Below are positions 50,561 through 63,077 of a DNA stretch of 64,000 bases, piece after piece. Under the pieces are notes generated by a model. The model was not told the DNA's origin and searched no databases. It saw nothing but the letters and a program-made list of their open reading frames with translations. The stretch covers positions 1,984,001 to 2,048,000 of the forward strand of contig OZ287077.1 in NCBI GenBank assembly GCA_965645245.1. Direction: 5' to 3'. This stretch comes from Massalongia carnosa. Its lineage: Eukaryota. Position numbers and translations under genes: made by a program. Numbering within the stretch: position 1 is the stretch's first letter; each line of letters opens with the position of its first letter.

Positions 50561-52587
50561 CAGTGAACCCTGGTTAAAACGAACCTTTTTCCAACGCATT
50601 CGGCTTATAACGAAATTTTTTCATGGATGAGCGATTCTTGTATGTAAAATAACGAATGTCGGCCTATTGCGAATTCGTAAGCAATTTTAGAAAGTTTCTT
50701 AGTGATTCGCTATAACTAGACCTCGGCAATTACCCTTTTAGGATTAGCTGATAAAAATTCTTGATACGTAGTACTACATGCTGCGCATCCTATCGATAGA
50801 TAACATATCCTTTTAATAACCAACAACTTATCATGAATTCTTCCTCCAAAAAACGTCGTCGACCTATCACAGATGCAGAAAAACACGCGCTTCGTCAGTA
50901 TGTTCAGAATAATTTCGTTAAAAGACCTTTCGGCAAAGCTCTTCAAGTCTGGTTTGAAGCTGAATTCGGTTATACACCTTCGGAATCTACAATATCGGAT
51001 ATTCTTTCTCGAAAATACGATCGTTTAAATGAGAAGGAGACATTTCAACCTGATATCAAAAGATTGAAAGCTTCTTTTTAGCCGGATCTTGAAGCGGCTC
51101 TTTTCGAATGGCAACAACGAATGCAGACAAAGCAGGCGACTGTGACGGGAGAGTTATTGAAGGAGATGGCAAAGAAAATCTGGACAAGACTTCCTCAATA
51201 CTCTCATGAAGAAATACCCAAATTTTCTAACGGTTGGCTAGATACTTTTAAAGCTCGTCATTCCATCTCCTTTCGTATTCGACGTGGAGAAGCGGCATCA
51301 GTTGACAAGGAGACAGTGGAAGAAGAATTGAGGGACTTGAGAATTAAGTTGGCTCCGTACGATCAAGACGATGTATACAACATAGATGAGGCTGCCTTGT
51401 ATTGGAAGATGAGTCCGAATGGAACGTTGGCTACAGCTTCATCAGCTGGATTGAAGCTTGAGAAAGCTAGAATAACCGTTAATTTTTGCGTTAATGCAAC
51501 GGGCACTCATAAACTTCCACTTTTGTTCATTGGTACGGCAAAAACACCTCGCTGTTTTACGCGTGAGGGGATCAACGTTAGCAACCTGAATATGCTATGG
51601 CGAAGCAATAGAAAGGCATGGATGACGGGAGTATTATTTCAAGAGTATTTGCAATGGTTTAGTCGTCAAACAAATCGCAAAGTAGTCTTGCTAGTCGATG
51701 GATTTTCAGCTCATGTTGCTGGCTATCGTCAGTATTCAGAATCAAATCCTGAATCAAACGTTAAAGTGATATTTCTTCCTGCCAATGCTACAAGCATCTG
51801 TCAACCATTGGATCAAGGCATCATCGAGACGTTTAAGGCTCACTACAAGCGAAAATGGCTAGCCTTTTTATGTGATCAGTATGATGCGGACAAAGACCCT
51901 TTTAAGAACATGCATATTTTGCAAGCTATTCGTTGGTCAATAACTGCTTGGGAGTATGACGTCAAACCCGCTACTATCGTCAACTGCTGGATTAAGTCTT
52001 TGGTATTCTCAGCAAATTACGGACCTACTACGCAATTGCAAGCGAAGAAAATGGGCTGGACGACAGAAAAGGGTTGGTCGAAGGCAGTTGATCAAGAGAC
52101 GGAAGACTACAATCAACTAGTAAAAGAGATGAGCACTACATTGCAGCAGTTGAAGAAGAATGATCGCATTCAAGACGTCATAAGTATTGAACGATGTCTC
52201 AATCCCGCGGAAGAAATCATTGAGGATGATGATGATGACATTCTTGATACTATTGTGGATGCATACGCCGAGGGTCAAATTGAAGAATCGGATGAAGATG
52301 AGATCGTCAAACCTACAGTGAAATACTCTGAAGCTATTCAAGCTTTGAGAGTACTACGTACATTTTATGAGCAACAGGAAGATGGCGACATCGATCTGAT
52401 TCAACGTTTGAATACTTCGGAGCAGGTTATGCTAAATGGGGAAATCAATACTAGACAGCAGATGACCATTACCAACTATTTTAGGTAGAAAATGAGATGT
52501 CTTCGTAGAAATTAAGGTTATAACGAAAACTGGTTATAACGAATTTTTTTCATGGAATCATCTATTCATTATAGCCAGGGTTCACTG
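50561..52587 (+). mobile_element. pogo/Tigger-like (Tc1-mariner superfamily) DNA transposon
   Basis: TIR CAGTGAACCCTGG (extends to about 23 bp with mismatches); TA TSD on both sides; subterminal TTATAACGAA repeats. Confidence 0.95.
50833..52488 (+). pseudogene. pogo transposase (CENP-B HTH + DDE_1) with one premature stop at 51079-51081
   Basis: ORFs 50833-51081 and 51121-52488 are in frame; FSNGWLDTFKARH, NIDEAAL, LVDGFSAH, QPLDQGII. Confidence 0.92.
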
Positions 52588-52796
52588 TAACCGTTCTGAA
52601 AAGCGGCATATTAAAGTTGCGATTTCGAGTGTGCCCCTTGGGTAGTCAAGTGACTAGGCGATGGTTGAGGTTGAGGCTGACGAGCCGGAGCCTGCTACCA
52701 AGAAAGATACTTCGGTAAAATCCTAGGAGTTGGTTTGCAGCATAGTAAACCAATCTACCTTTCAGTATCCAAGTGTCTCATTATGTTCACTTAGAG

Positions 52797-53303
52797 TGTT
52801 GCGAATGCCAAGCCAGCTAGATCATATCTGACGTAATATGCGAATGCCCTCGCGTATTTTTCTGATATGGGAATAGTTACATCTGAGAATTTCTGGTATC
52901 TTCGATACTGTATGGCTTGTTGGGCTCACTGCCTCATAACGTGGATAGCGGGTAGTCTAATCTTCTCTAGGAAGGTTTTAGGTTTAGCGTGCTTTGCCCT
53001 TTGGTGAAAAGTCTGCTCTTTTCCTTTTAGATAGCTTCATAGTCAATGCGATCACCTGCAACCAGAGTCTCCTTTTAACTGATACTTAGAAATTCAGGTC
53101 TATAGACGTTCGAGGAATCTCGAATGTTCTGTGATCAACATGTATATAAAATCACTCCTACGCATAGCCTAGAGATTAGTCGCAATAATCTGAATTATTT
53201 CATTCATAGGAGTTCTGTACTATTCAGAGACTTCTGGCACTCTGCCACCTATTTTCTGTGCATTGGGTCCATCATTCTCCATCCATCCCTCCTATTTTAA
53301 ACA
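52797..53303. mobile_element. Solo LTR, family A copy 2 (with about 200-bp nested insertion)
   Basis: TGTT...AACA ends; perfect TAGAG TSD at 52792-52796 and 53304-53308. Confidence 0.85.
52906..53108. mobile_element. Short insertion flanked by TTCGA direct repeats, possibly a truncated non-LTR/SINE fragment
   Basis: Absent from LTR copy 1; TTCGA at 52901-52905 and 53109-53113. Confidence 0.55.
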
Positions 53304-53472
53304 TAGAGATTAAATAAATCTGTCCATAAAGTGACCCGTTTTCGGGAGGCATTCTACCAGGTTCCTCAAAGTCCACGGACATAGCCAGACTCCACGAGAC
53401 CAAGATTTGAGGTCAATTCAGAGTTTTATTGTTAAAAGTGACTGAGAAATGAGTTATATTCCATCATGATTT

Positions 53473-55011
53473 ATGGATGAAAAAACTTCGAAAATGATCA
53501 ACACACTCGCACAAGACCGCGAGAAACGCAAGAAGGAGCAGGAGGAGAAGATAAAGCTCTTAGGAGCAAAGATAGATGAGTACTTAAAGCCCGGTAACAG
53601 CGTAGGAGACCCGGTGGCGCAAACTCTGTTGAAGGAGGTTAAAGCCACGTTGCAAGCCCAGCTTCACATAAATTCGGAAAAGGAAGACACCGTCACGGTA
53701 GCAGAGTCCCTACGGGATATAAGAAACGCACTTAATCGCATGGAAGGCACCAAAAAGAATAACGAGCCCCCCACAAGCTACGCCGCCGCGGGCACCCCGC
53801 TGGCGCCCCAGAACCAGGCCGGGCAAAGCCCGACGTACAATCTTAAGCACCCCAAACCCCAAAAAACCAAAGAGCCATCCCCCAGCGAGGCCAAAAGGGC
53901 CCGGGAGATCACACTACGAGTCACGAACGAGGCCGATCGAGAAAGAGTGAGATAGATGCCCACTCAGGAGTTGGTGGAATCGCTGCAGAAAAACGTCGAA
54001 GGGATAGTGGGAATATCGCGACTTACAAGCGGAGACATACGAATTCACGCAGAATCAGCAGAGGTCAAGAAGACCTTACATGAAAACACTAAATGGATCA
54101 CCGCGATTGCGGCGTCTGCTACAGTCCAACGCCGCACCTATGCAGTACGAGCTAGCGGAGTAAAGATGGCACATATCGATGCCACCAATCAGAATCAAAC
54201 CATACAATACCTGCAGGCAGCTAACGCACGATTACACTCAGGCCTAAAAATCACGAGAATCGCCTGGTCGTTCAGGGCCATCAAAGAAAAGAAGACATAC
54301 TCGTCGCTGCATGTAGAAGTAGAGACTCCCGCTATGGCGAACCGCCTCATCACCGAGGGCTTCCTCGTCGATCATGAGATTAAGAATTGCGAAAAATTCG
54401 TAAAAAGTTGCAAGCTAACGCAGTGCTTCAACTGCTATAAATATGGACACATAGGAAAACGCTGCCGCAACCCAACGGCGTGCGGGCTCTGCGCCGGCGG
54501 GCACTCGACCAACGAATGCAACCCAGAAACAACAGGTAAACACAAAAGGTGCGCATGCTGCGAGGAGAGAGGTCACGTAGCGTGGGCCCCAACATGCAAA
54601 CTCAGATTACTAGAAATGAGCAAGATAGAGAAGGCCAGGAAAAGCTCACCTCAGCTCTTCGTCACGGGCGACCCGATCGTAGCACGGTCATTCATCTTCT
54701 CGTCTCAAACCTCAACGGACAAGGAATGCAGCGCAACACCAGGGGAGGCAACGGAGAGACCCGTCAACGGTGCCTGGAAGGTCGTCACAAGCAAGAAAAG
54801 GAAAACCGCCCCAGCGGGTTCCCAAGAAGTCTCCTCGGCAGGTCCCAGCCGCGTAGCGGGCATGTCATGGAAGGACACGGAGATCATGAAACCCATGAAC
54901 ATGCAAAGAGCGATGGCAAAGCCCACTCTTGGCAGACCACCAAACACACCAACCGCAGCAACACCCGCCCCGTCCCGCACGGATCCTGCCCCCCCCCCCG
55001 CCGACCCTTGA
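53473..55011 (+). pseudogene. LINE ORF1 (gag-like, CCHC knuckles), in-frame stop at 53953-53955
   Basis: QCFNCYKYGHIGKRC, CGLCAGGHSTNEC, CACCEERGH..W...C. Confidence 0.9.
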
Positions 55012-55089
55012 AACATCTCCCTCCCCCGCCGACCCAGAATCGGACCACCCCACCGCCCCGGCAACGGACGTAATGGAAGAAGGAGATTT

Positions 55090-58000
55090 ATGAAGGACAC
55101 AAACTCCATTAACATACTACAGTACAACGTCAGAAATGATCGAGTAAGCACAATGATTCCACTTTTGGCAGATTTAAACACGCAGGACTACGATGTTATA
55201 GCAATACAGGAACCGTGGCGGAGCACGCACGCTCCCACAACGCTCAGCTCACATCAAAGCGGATTTCACCTTCTGTATCGTCCCGGCGGTGACACACGCG
55301 TATGTTTTTACGTTAACGAGAAAATAGACCCGGAAAGCTGGGAAGTAGAATTCCCTACCGCAGATCTATGCACGTTGAAATTGAACGTGTATACCGATGG
55401 GGTTACGAAAGTGCTGCACATTCATAACGTGTAAAACCCGTCCCCGTCCTCTTATTCATCCACAGACAGCCCGTCCACACTCCCCGTCGTACGCCAGCAG
55501 CTTGCCGCAGACGCACAGCACGTTCTTCTCGGCGACTTCAATCTTCACCACCCCTTTTGGAATGGAATCACAAGGCCAACACAACACGCAGCCGCAGATC
55601 AGTTATTGAATATAGTAGAAGAATTTGACCTCTCACTGACGCTGCCCAAAGGAACCGTCACGTGGGAGGCCCGGAACTCTTTTAGCACTATAGATCTAGT
55701 ATTCATGTCGGAATTTCTGGCGGAAAGACTGGAACACTGCATGTCAAGACCGGAAATGAATCAATCCTCTGATCACATTCCGATATCCACTCGCATTCTT
55801 CTCGGGAGTGAACAGCTAACGAATGTAAAGCGCAGGGCATGGAAGCTGCTGAACATGGAGAAATTGAGGGAGGCTGAAAGCAACGCCCCCGCTCAACCGC
55901 AGAAATAGACCAGTACGCTCAGACAATTCAAGAATTCCTGCAGAAAATCATAACCGCCTCCGTCCCCTGGGCCAGACCCAGCGAATATGCGAAACCCTTT
56001 TGGAACGAAGAATGCAACCGCGGCACCCGCGAGACTCGCAAATTGCGCCGCTTCTGGTCGTCATCGCGCCACTCAGACGACTGGAAGGCATATATGAAGT
56101 CCAACGACAAGAAGCAAAAATAATCCAAAAAGCAAAAACGCTCTCATTTCGCAAAGAGATAAGCAAAGCCACCGAGTCGCCGTTGGGCATATGGAAGCTA
56201 GCAAGATGGGCAAAAGACAAGAGTCAGAAGCCCCGCGAGATACCGAAAATGCCGCCATTGAGGCACGAAGGGCAAACAGCGGAGACGTTCGAAGAAAAAG
56301 CGGAAATGCTGAAAGCCAAATTCTTTCCCCCCCCCCCGCCGGCCGACTTGAGCGACATACCTGGGTCGTTCTATCCCGCCGCCGCGGATTGCCCCATGAC
56401 AATCACAAATGACGAAGTGATCGCAAACATACAACGTCTTAAGTCCGACAAGGCTCCGGGCCCTGACGGGATCACCAACAGAATTCTCAAGGCATGCTCC
56501 ACAAAGCTAGCAGAGCTGCTAACCCCTTTATTTCAGGCTTGCGTCACGCATGCGTATCATCCCTGCGAGTTCAAAAGAGCAAACACGATCGCGCTCAGAA
56601 AACCGGGAAAGAAAGACAATACCAGTACAAAGGCATACAGACCCATAGCTTTACTGAACACAATGGGTAAGGTATTAGAAGCAGTCATCGCAAGGAAGAT
56701 CACTCATATAGCGGAACAGCACCGGCTCCTGCCGGACACACAAATGGGTGCTCGGCGTGGCCGATCTACCGAGTCTGCGCTCAAACTCCTCACCGAACAG
56801 GTACACACTGTATGGGGACAAGGCAACAACAAGGTGGCAACTCTCCTCAGCATGGATGTAGCAGGCGCATTCGACACAGTGTCTCATCGCAGGCTGATAC
56901 ACAATCTGCGAAAAAGGAAAATCCCGAAATGGATCACAGACTGGACGGCAAGCTTTCTGAAGGAAAGAAGAACCACGCTAACGATAAACCGGCGAGTAAC
57001 CGAGGAGTTCGCGGTGCGCACGGGCATTCCTCAAGGCTCACCCATTTCCCCTATTCTCTACCTGTTCTACAATGCGGACCTTTTAGAGATATGCGAGAGA
57101 CCCGGCACAAACACGAGCGCGCTAGGATTTGCAGACGACGTAAATGTGTTGGCATACGGCAAAAGCACGGAAGAAAACTGCAGAACCCTCGAAAGAATTC
57201 ACAGAAAATGTGAACTATGGGCGGCACGCCACGGGTCCGTATTTGCACCGGATAAGTATGAGCTCATTCATTTGTCCAGAAATCCAAAGAAATTCGACAT
57301 GTCGGCTACTATTCAAATAGAAAACAACCTAATAGAACCGAAAATGGACATACGAGTTCTGGGCCTCCAAATCGACACCAAATTGAAATGGGGAGCCCAC
57401 ATACGGAAAACACAGGAAAAGATGACGTCGCAGTCGCTGGCGCTCACAAAAATATCGACATCTACCTGGGGATCTTCTTTCGCGAAGGCCCGGCAGGTTT
57501 ACACCGCCGTCGTTCGCCCCGCAATGACTTATGGAAGCACCGTGTGGCACACACCCAGGGAAATCAAGAAAAACAAGGCCACGACGTCCAAACTCAGCGT
57601 CATGCAGCACAAATGCTTACGCACCGTGACAGGGGCGTTCAAGGCAACACCCGTCGAAGTTCTCGAAGCGGAAACGTTCATCGCCCCCATGGAGTTGCAT
57701 CTGGACAATCTACAGATAAAATCAAGGTATCGTCTACGGGCCGCAGGGCAGGCGAAACTGATTTCCAAAGCCTGCAACACAATAGCGAACAAGCTACGGG
57801 GTAAGACAGGACGCAAAAGAACGCAACACCTCACCCCAGGAGAGTTGAAATACGAATGGCCAAGCAAAATGTTGAATAACGAGGCACCAGTCACAATGCC
57901 TCCATCGCCCCCGCCCTAGTCCACACCCGACCCGGCGCACCTCGAAAAATGCACCACGACACGCCATAACATAGAGAAACACACAAAGGCCACCACAGAA

Positions 58001-58432
58001 CGCATCAAGGAACGCTGGGACTCCAAATGGAAGACGTACCAGAACCGCATTCCCCGCCCGACAGAGGCACAGTTGGGATCTCTCAGTAGGACGAGACTGA
58101 AGATTCACAACAACCTGATGAAAGCGGAAAGCGCGCTAACCACGCAAATCCGCACCGAAAAAATAGGCTTGGCAAACTTCCTGTTCAATCGTCGGGTACC
58201 GGGCGTTATGACCCCGGCCTGCTCGTGCGGATGGCAGAAGCAGACAGCCAAACACATTATTCTACATTGCATGCTAATCGACGGCAGATACGAAATGCTA
58301 AAACAAATAGGCACCAACGACTATCGAACGATCATGAGCTCGTCGAAAATATTGAAAAAACTAACCACATGGATAATAAAAGCAAATTTGCTGACCCAAT
58401 TTTCACTAGCATCGCAACTGTTATACGAGTGA
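55090..58432 (+). pseudogene. LINE ORF2 (APE endonuclease + reverse transcriptase + C-terminal Zn knuckle), with stops and two frameshifts
   Basis: ILQYNV, AIQEPW, GDFNLHH, TIDL, SDH (APE); KAPGPDGI, YRPIALL, GIPQGSPISP, FADD (RT); CSCG...H....C; stops at 55432 and 57917, frameshifts near 55900 and 56110. Confidence 0.92.
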
Positions 58433-59189
58433 TAACTCTCATTTTGTCAAGGATTTCACAGAACATCGAGCGAAGAATGCAGTCCAGAAACGGAACACGT
58501 TTGTGATAATGGCGCAGTCTGCATGGTTTTTATCCCTTTAAAAGGTTTTCCCTGTAAGAACAAGTAGATAGCCCGCATGGGCCGGCCTTCGGCCGGTGTC
58601 AGATCGGTACAAGAATCAATCATCATCATCATGAGTTATATTCCTTGGTTTGTTGGAACTGTGACTGCAACAGGCGGGATCGTAGCACTGAACAATTGAT
58701 ATGACGAGTTCAACAAACGAGTTCTCGCATATGCACAGCAAACTGGGAGAAGCGATTGACTTTCTATCACTACGTAGGGTAAAACTGCTCCTATTTATGC
58801 ACGTCCACCAGCCATTCCAGAAGCCTCCATTTCCATCTCATCGGTTGTCTCTTCCTATTGGAGGGAGAATTGATCACCTTGGTGCATGATACATATTTAG
58901 AAGGGATAGTTCATTTGTTTACTATCTGCAGAGATTTTACCTGAAGTCCTAAAATGCGAGCTAGCCTAATTGGGTAATCGCAGTCACTAACTGCCTGACC
59001 ACAATCTAGTTAGACTAACACAGGCTAACACAGGCTCACAACACTTCCGATGCGATTTCTGACTCCATACCAATTTGCCACCGCCACAGGCCTTTTCTTG
59101 CCGTTGCCTCAGTACCTCAGACGTGTCGGGTTAGCCTTACAGAACGTTAAGCACCTTCGGGTTAACAGGCTGACTACGCAGCACATCTG

Positions 59190-59299
59190 TAGCAAGTCTG
59201 AGCCCAAAACTCAAGATTACGGTCAGATAAAATCGCAATAATACACGATTTATTACGAATATCTGACCGTAATATTGAGTTTTGCGCTCAGACGTGCTA
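59190..59299. other. Long inverted repeat / 110-nt hairpin
   Basis: TAGCAAGTCTGAGCCCAAAACTCAAGATTACGGTCAGATA pairs with TATCTGACCGTAATATTGAGTTTTGCGCTCAGACGTGCTA (40-bp arms, 3 mismatches). Confidence 0.85.
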
Positions 59300-60314
59300 T
59301 CGCAGCCACGTTAGTCAGCTGGGACGCTAATCCGAAGGAGCTTAGCGAAATAGGCTAAACCAGAGGGGCTTAGACGGCTCCTAGAAATTGCTTTGTCAGC
59401 TGGTTTCGGTACCTGGCCGTTGCCCGTTCTCGATGGCGACGAACCAACACTGCCGCTACCGCTTCGTCGCTCTACAAAGAACCGGATCTTCGGCTTCACC
59501 TTTTAGGAGGCCTACACCACGTATATGCTGGTTTCAGCGCTTTCCCACCGCAAAGCTATTGAAGAGCAAGAAAACTTCCCGCACAAAGGATTCCCCTTCG
59601 CTTAGCCAGTCGTCAAATTATTTATCCAGAATCGATAAGGCTATGTTACTCTTCAAACACCTTCTGCATTCGTAATTTGTATGCTCTCATCTATCATGAA
59701 AGAACTGGTTCAGTCCGGTGTCTACAAAAAATCACACGATTGCGAATCGTCTTGTCATCACGACCCTTCTTCCCGCTTCTCGTCAGATGGCTTTGACGCA
59801 GAGACACGTGGAGCTCAGAAGACGAGCCACTACTTTCCTAAACCAGTGAAAATACAATCCTGGCTTTATTTGATGATTTCGCCTCCGTCTAATAAATTGA
59901 AGCCTCTTTCGGGCTGATATTCAACTGTCTTATTTATCGAACTTGCAAGCTACCGCCTCAAAGCAAAGAACATAGAAATATTACGTTCGATGATCTCTAT
60001 ACTATCACGACAACAAAGGAACCCTGTTTGAAAATATGGACATGTTCAAGACATTATAAACGTAAATAATGAACTCGTTCTCCAATCGCTTCTTTGTCAA
60101 AATCGAGGTATTGATATAATGAGATTTGGGCCAAAGGGTAAATAAAACCCAATTTCTGCAAAGGCAGCTGGCCTACATAAAACAGTTATGATGACTCTCC
60201 TTTTTAATTTGCATTTTCAACCATTAAATCATCAAGGATTATCAGCTCTGCCCTTTTGACTTGCAAGAGACTTTTTTTCTTATTTGATCAACAACATTCA
60301 AATCATCGGATATC

Positions 60315-61217
60315 ATGCCGCCTATCACACGCCTTCAAGGCCGGCTCGGGGAGCGTCGCCGCGAAGAACGCAATCTTCGTGAGCCACAGCTCCGGGATAT
60401 TGATCATACAAAATGCCCCGGCACCTCCGCCGCCGCCACGGCGAGACATGTCATCGGCGGTCTGCCCCTAGTGCACAGACACCCCACGCGCAATTCAAGG
60501 CCTCCTAATTTCATAATTCCTATCAGTGGAAGAGCATCCAGTCGTCTAGATAACACAAATTTCCCCTATATTTCAATACCAAATGACGTGGAACGCCCAA
60601 CACGTTGCTACCCCCATTCCCGGCAATCTGACCACAGCCGTATTCGTCAAGACTGCCGCATTCAGAACTTTGACCTGATTCAACGCGCCCTACCTCCTCT
60701 ATTGCCGACGACTCCTGAGGCTACCGAGGAATCTACTCCAGCTCCCAATCGCGGATCTTTCCGTTTGCCGTTTCAAAACTGGCTTTGGCCAATAAGTTCC
60801 TCTCAGCAAAACGATGCGCAACCGGCAAGCAAGACCGAGATCCTAACCGCCGTCCAGCCCCTATCCTTAGAAAGCTGCACTTCGCGACATTGCGGTGTGG
60901 TTGGAATTTCCCATACCAAAGGCCCCTATCTCCACGGTGGCCGTGATCCCGACGAGTTTAGATCCGGCCGCTATCCCTGGGGCTGGAGTAACCCGCCTCC
61001 TCGGGTGTGGGAAGCCTTTCATCGTTCCCGCGAGCAAGGTTATTGCGGCAACTGGGAATCACTCTCGATTCTGCGTAGAAATCCGGACAGTTCTGTTCTG
61101 CAGCAGGATCGGGAAATCGTTGCCAATTTCGTGGCGCACCATTCAGGTTTCGACATTCCTATTGGTGTTCAGCGGTACTATGAGTGGAGCGAAAGAAGGA
61201 GGCGTGATTTTCCTTAG
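60315..61217 (+). CDS. Hypothetical protein (300 aa) with a possible Cys/His metal-binding motif
   Basis: Long ATG-initiated ORF; CTSRHC...H..GPYLH segment; no family recognised. Confidence 0.45.
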   Translation: MPPITRLQGRLGERRREERNLREPQLRDIDHTKCPGTSAAATARHVIGGLPLVHRHPTRNSRPPNFIIPISGRASSRLDNTNFPYISIPNDVERPTRCYPHSRQSDHSRIRQDCRIQNFDLIQRALPPLLPTTPEATEESTPAPNRGSFRLPFQNWLWPISSSQQNDAQPASKTEILTAVQPLSLESCTSRHCGVVGISHTKGPYLHGGRDPDEFRSGRYPWGWSNPPPRVWEAFHRSREQGYCGNWESLSILRRNPDSSVLQQDREIVANFVAHHSGFDIPIGVQRYYEWSERRRRDFP

Positions 61218-62139
61218 CTTCGACCTTGACGAATTAGACTGCGTGAGGGCCTTGGTGTCTTGGAAAGCGACAGATATGTTAGCCATAAACTAAGGTTGGA
61301 TGAAGTTATGGTAGTCTTGTTTTTAACAGTCTCTCTCGTAATCTATCAATTTTAACTAGTTCATGATCCTTGATATGCTCAGAACTCTGCATACAGGTTT
61401 ACATTTCTTATTATTTCCACCTTGTCTGTTATGGTATTGTACCAAAATCCATTCCTTTCTCGAAGCCTAAATGTAAAATTCGTATAGAAATCCTTCAAGA
61501 GAACCGAACAAAACTCTTTGCAAGAAAAGCTACTTTATCTCCAAAAACCCTTATCGCCACGCCGTACATCAACACTCTCTTCATCTGCAACTAAAGCATA
61601 TGGAACGCTTGCTCGGTCCTTTAGCTCTTTGATAGTATGACCTAGGACAACTCCAACACAAACTTGAAAAGGCACTACCAAGTTGAAGCCTTACCTCCTC
61701 AACTTTCCTGTTCGGAGCGAACCTAAAGACAAGAATCTAATCTCCCGCTATCTGGAAAAAACGTTTCCAATGGTTTCTGAAGTACGGAGGGTTTTCCGAA
61801 GAACAACAAAAGCCCTGTCCATGGATGTCAGTTTCAATGAGGCAATCAGCTTGATTTATTGGCTTTGTTTGTGTTAAAGTGAACTACTAAGAGAACATGC
61901 CTATACTTGGACTTTATTGACAGATCAGACAGAAACTCTGTGCAATTGCTCTTCATCATTTCCTTCTTGCCCAGCACTGTATTCTATCATACCTAAGTTC
62001 GATTTGCCTTTTCCTAACTCAAGTGAGCTAATAATCGACTGCGTATTAGGTCTAGAGAAATAAGTATTTGAGCATCATGAAAGAAGCGATCCTCATCCTA
62101 AGCCACGTTAAGACCTAGAAATGTAAGGTTTCTTAGCCC

Positions 62140-63077
62140 TCAGTATTTCTGTCCTATATCCATGAAGGCCCTTACGGCTCCGCCAGCCTCTTCCAACATT
62201 TCTTTTGGATCCACATCAGGGGCGGGCCACGCATACTGGTGTCCCTGCGACACGGTCTCGCAGCCAAGACCACGACGTGAGACTCGCTAAAATGTGGCAT
62301 TTAGTCAGATTTCATTTCCGAAAGCGACATTCCAAGCAGTGAGCATAATATCCCGAACTTACATTGAGGGACGTACAACAGGCCTGATCCTCCTCCGGAC
62401 AAGATTTGTCAATAACTTCTTTGTTGTTCACTGTGCACTCTAGTCAGCGAGGAAGGAGGACGTTTTTGGTCATACTGGGCTTGCAAACGAGCACCCTAGT
62501 TTTCGTTCTTGTTCGATATACTGGCTGAAACTGTTCTGGACTACTTACTATCCTTGCAATCTCCGAATTCTCCTGGCACGATCGTTGGATGCTTCGATTG
62601 GCAACAGTATTGATCTTTACCAGCTGTGCAGGGCCATAAGGTGGTGATTACTGCAAGCAGGGCTGGGCTGGAAAGGTTTGGTGGATTGATAGCGTTGTCA
62701 AGACTTCCAAGTCTTGTGTCTTTTGTCAATGCTAAACCCGATATATCAGATGACCGGTCGGGTGGGATATCTACCTCCCCCGAGGCGATGGAGAATACTG
62801 GACGAGATTGCGCATCCTTGAAAGGGCCAGAAACTGGAGACAGAGAATAAGGTGCATTACTGGTTGTATCAGGTAGGCTGAGATCATCAATTCTATCGTT
62901 GTTTTCCAAGCTGATGAAGACGCTATCCAAAAACCTAGGGTCAGATCTGGAGACCAGATCACCACTTGCAAGATTGGCCGATGATCGGTGGACATGAGCA
63001 AGAGGCTTCGTTGTTACTGATAGGATCACAAGGAGATGTAGAAAAGCATATTGCCACGAAGACTTTGCAGAAGACAT
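62140..63077 (-). CDS. Secreted protein with hydrophobin-like 8-Cys pattern (exons 63077-62549, about 62430-62363, 62286-62140)
   Basis: Hydrophobic N-terminus; GTAAGT donors with CTGAC branch sites; spliced product reads C-x7-CC-x14-C-x12-C-x6-CC-x12-C. Confidence 0.65.

Larger units (their letters stand above)
53463..58630 (+). mobile_element. Tad1-like LINE (non-LTR retrotransposon), near full length, inactivated
   Basis: 14-bp TSD ATGAGTTATATTCC (53449-53462, 58631-58644); (CAT)n 3' tail; ORF1 + ORF2. Confidence 0.95.

Noticed and set aside
45475..53303. Two family-A LTRs bracketing a single retroelement that carries the Cys-rich gene as cargo
   Set aside because: Each LTR has its own flanking duplication (TAGTT/GAGTT and TAGAG/TAGAG), so they are independent solo LTRs; no gag/pol was seen between them
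58964..58979. 16-bp match GCCTAATTGGGTAATC to the nested LTR (about 45744)
   Set aside because: No LTR termini or TSD found, and a match this short can arise by chance in 64 kb
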